Positions 62,269-64,000 of a stretch of DNA of 64,000 bases are shown piece by piece. Each line of letters begins with the position of its first letter. Position 1 is the first letter of the stretch. The stretch comes from Mobula hypostoma (Eukaryota), in the NCBI RefSeq assembly GCF_963921235.1, contig NC_086097.1:206028001-206092000 (forward strand). The letters are read 5' to 3'. The notes beneath the pieces are model-generated. The model saw only the letters and a list, made by a program, of their open reading frames with translations, was not told where the DNA came from and ran no database searches. A program made the translations under genes and the position numbers.

Positions 62269-62858
62269 TGAAACACTCTGGTTTCCTCGGCTGCATAAGT
62301 ATAGGGAAGAGAATCTCCAGCCCCACCAGACGTGAGATTGAGGTGCAAGCCCACCCCAAAACCTCCTGTTTGTGTGGATGTTGTGAAATTCGTTACCCTG
62401 TTACAAATGAGCGCCACAAAATAACACAGTACACGGCATACAATTTTTAATTTGTCTAAATGGTTCGTAAAGAAAGAACAAAAAAAAGGGCCCATTTTAA
62501 TGAAACAGTCCAATGCGCACGTTGGAGCTCACAGTTTCCCCATCTCCAATCCTCCATTGATCTCACCCCGGAGTTCGTTGAATTACGGTCCCACTCCAGA
62601 TCGAATCCTACAACCTCTTCTCTCCAGTGTCTTCTCTCTTCATCTCTCTCCCACAAAAAGCCCCAAGTCCAGCTTTAGTATCCCTCACCAGAGAAACCTC
62701 CCCTTAATCCGACTATCCTGATTGGATGGCACACAATTCTCCTATCTCTTATCTTCAATAGTAACCCAAACGTAAGCTGTAAACAAGCAGCTCATACAGA
62801 ACAGCACAAATGAAATACAGAACAGCATAACAGTAAAAATATGAACCAGGGCATTACA
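62269..62858. mobile_element. Solo LTR (590 bp)
   Basis: Imperfect inverted termini TGAAACACTCTGGTT ... AACCAGGGCATTACA (TG...CA). 4-bp TSD TGTG at 62265-62268 and 62859-62862. Confidence 0.75.
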
Positions 62859-64000
62859 TGTGATTTTAAAATATTTTGACTGCTTTTGAGGATCTCAGAA
62901 AGAATCTTGATAGCTCCAGTTAAGGAGTATGTTCTAAAATACTTTTCTCCATTTTCACTAATGCCCCTGACATGCTTCTTTTACTTATTGTAAGAGATCT
63001 GACCTTTTTGCTAGAAGAATCACGTCATGCATGTTGGTATTTTTTTAATCAAGGTCACTCGTGAGTGCAACTGGCTTCAAAATGTGCCCCAACATGTAGC
63101 AATTGACAGGAAAATTAAATAAAAGATCTAGGATTTCAAATGTCATCAAGACAGAATATGCAGTTGGAATACCATCCACCTTCCTACCCTATGAAGCTAA
63201 CAGCAATGTTTTTTGTCAGAGCACACAATCGTGTAAAGAACAGATTCTACTCTCAGTCATTCCCTTCATATTCCCAGGACATGCTGCCACATTCTTCATT
63301 GAAGAAGCTAATCCAAATCATTGCAAGCTCACAGGGACTTCAACTATTTCCATATCATGCTTTGAAAAACTTTACTGAAACTGCTGACTTGTTAAATAGG
63401 CTGTTGACAAAGTTTGCATGATGTACCAAAGCATAATTACTACAAAGCAAATACGTTTTCCTTGAAAGACAAGTTCATTCAAAAAAGGTTATACAGTAAT
63501 CCCCTCAGAATAAATAGAACAAAATTCATTTGCTTTGGAGACAAATAACCTGATTAGTTGTTTGGCCAGCATGATAATGAAACTCTTGCTAAATAGTCCG
63601 CAGATCTCTACAGAAAGCAGCTAATGGGTAAATCGGTCCATTGTCCAGTGAGAAGACTTATTCAAAATCAGCTGTGAATTCTGTCCCTTTATTGATGACT
63701 GGAATGTCCATCCCACTGAAAATATTGAATTTTGTAATCTTCATTTATAAAACATGGATTTAAGAATACTTCTGATGTGGATTCAAACTCAGTGCAATGT
63801 TAAGGAATGAATTTGACTATTTGGGAGGGAGAATCTCATGAAAATACTTTTCCTATGAATTGGTTCGTTGTGTTCTGTTCGTGCCAATTATTATTTATGA
63901 AGCTAATTCAGAGAATATTTATAGCCAAGCTCATCTATTTTAAATTGAAAACTAACAAACTGAAGATAATGGAAATCTGAAATGAAAATAGAAAATGCTG

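Overview
This window is eukaryotic, AT-rich, repeat-dominated DNA. I found no convincing host protein-coding gene and no bacterial features, tRNA/rRNA genes or CRISPR array. The repeat mix suggests a cartilaginous-fish genome, probably a ray or skate (inference): many CR1 LINEs, Penelope-like elements with GIY-YIG endonuclease, Rex1/Babar, L1, RTE, V-domain SINEs, Tc1, Tigger/pogo, hAT and Harbinger DNA elements, and Gypsy-type solo LTRs. Nearly all long ORFs are broken retrotransposon RT/endonuclease fragments. Highlights: (i) minimal hammerhead-ribozyme motifs in Penelope terminal repeats, including a ~190-bp fold-back mini-element whose right arm looks intact (9091-9126); (ii) a ~10-kb nest of insertions up to four levels deep (CR1 > L1 > Tigger > hAT MITE; 23.6-33.6 kb); (iii) a composite hAT element with an 8-bp TSD that seems to have carried captured DNA; (iv) a 390-bp near-identical inverted duplication across that element's junction; (v) two Tigger deletion derivatives carrying the same palindromic hAT MITE; (vi) three unrelated solo LTRs with clean TSDs; (vii) a candidate non-coding minus-strand exon with textbook splice signals. 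Family names come from motif recognition by eye, not database searches. Boundaries of degraded repeats are approximate.
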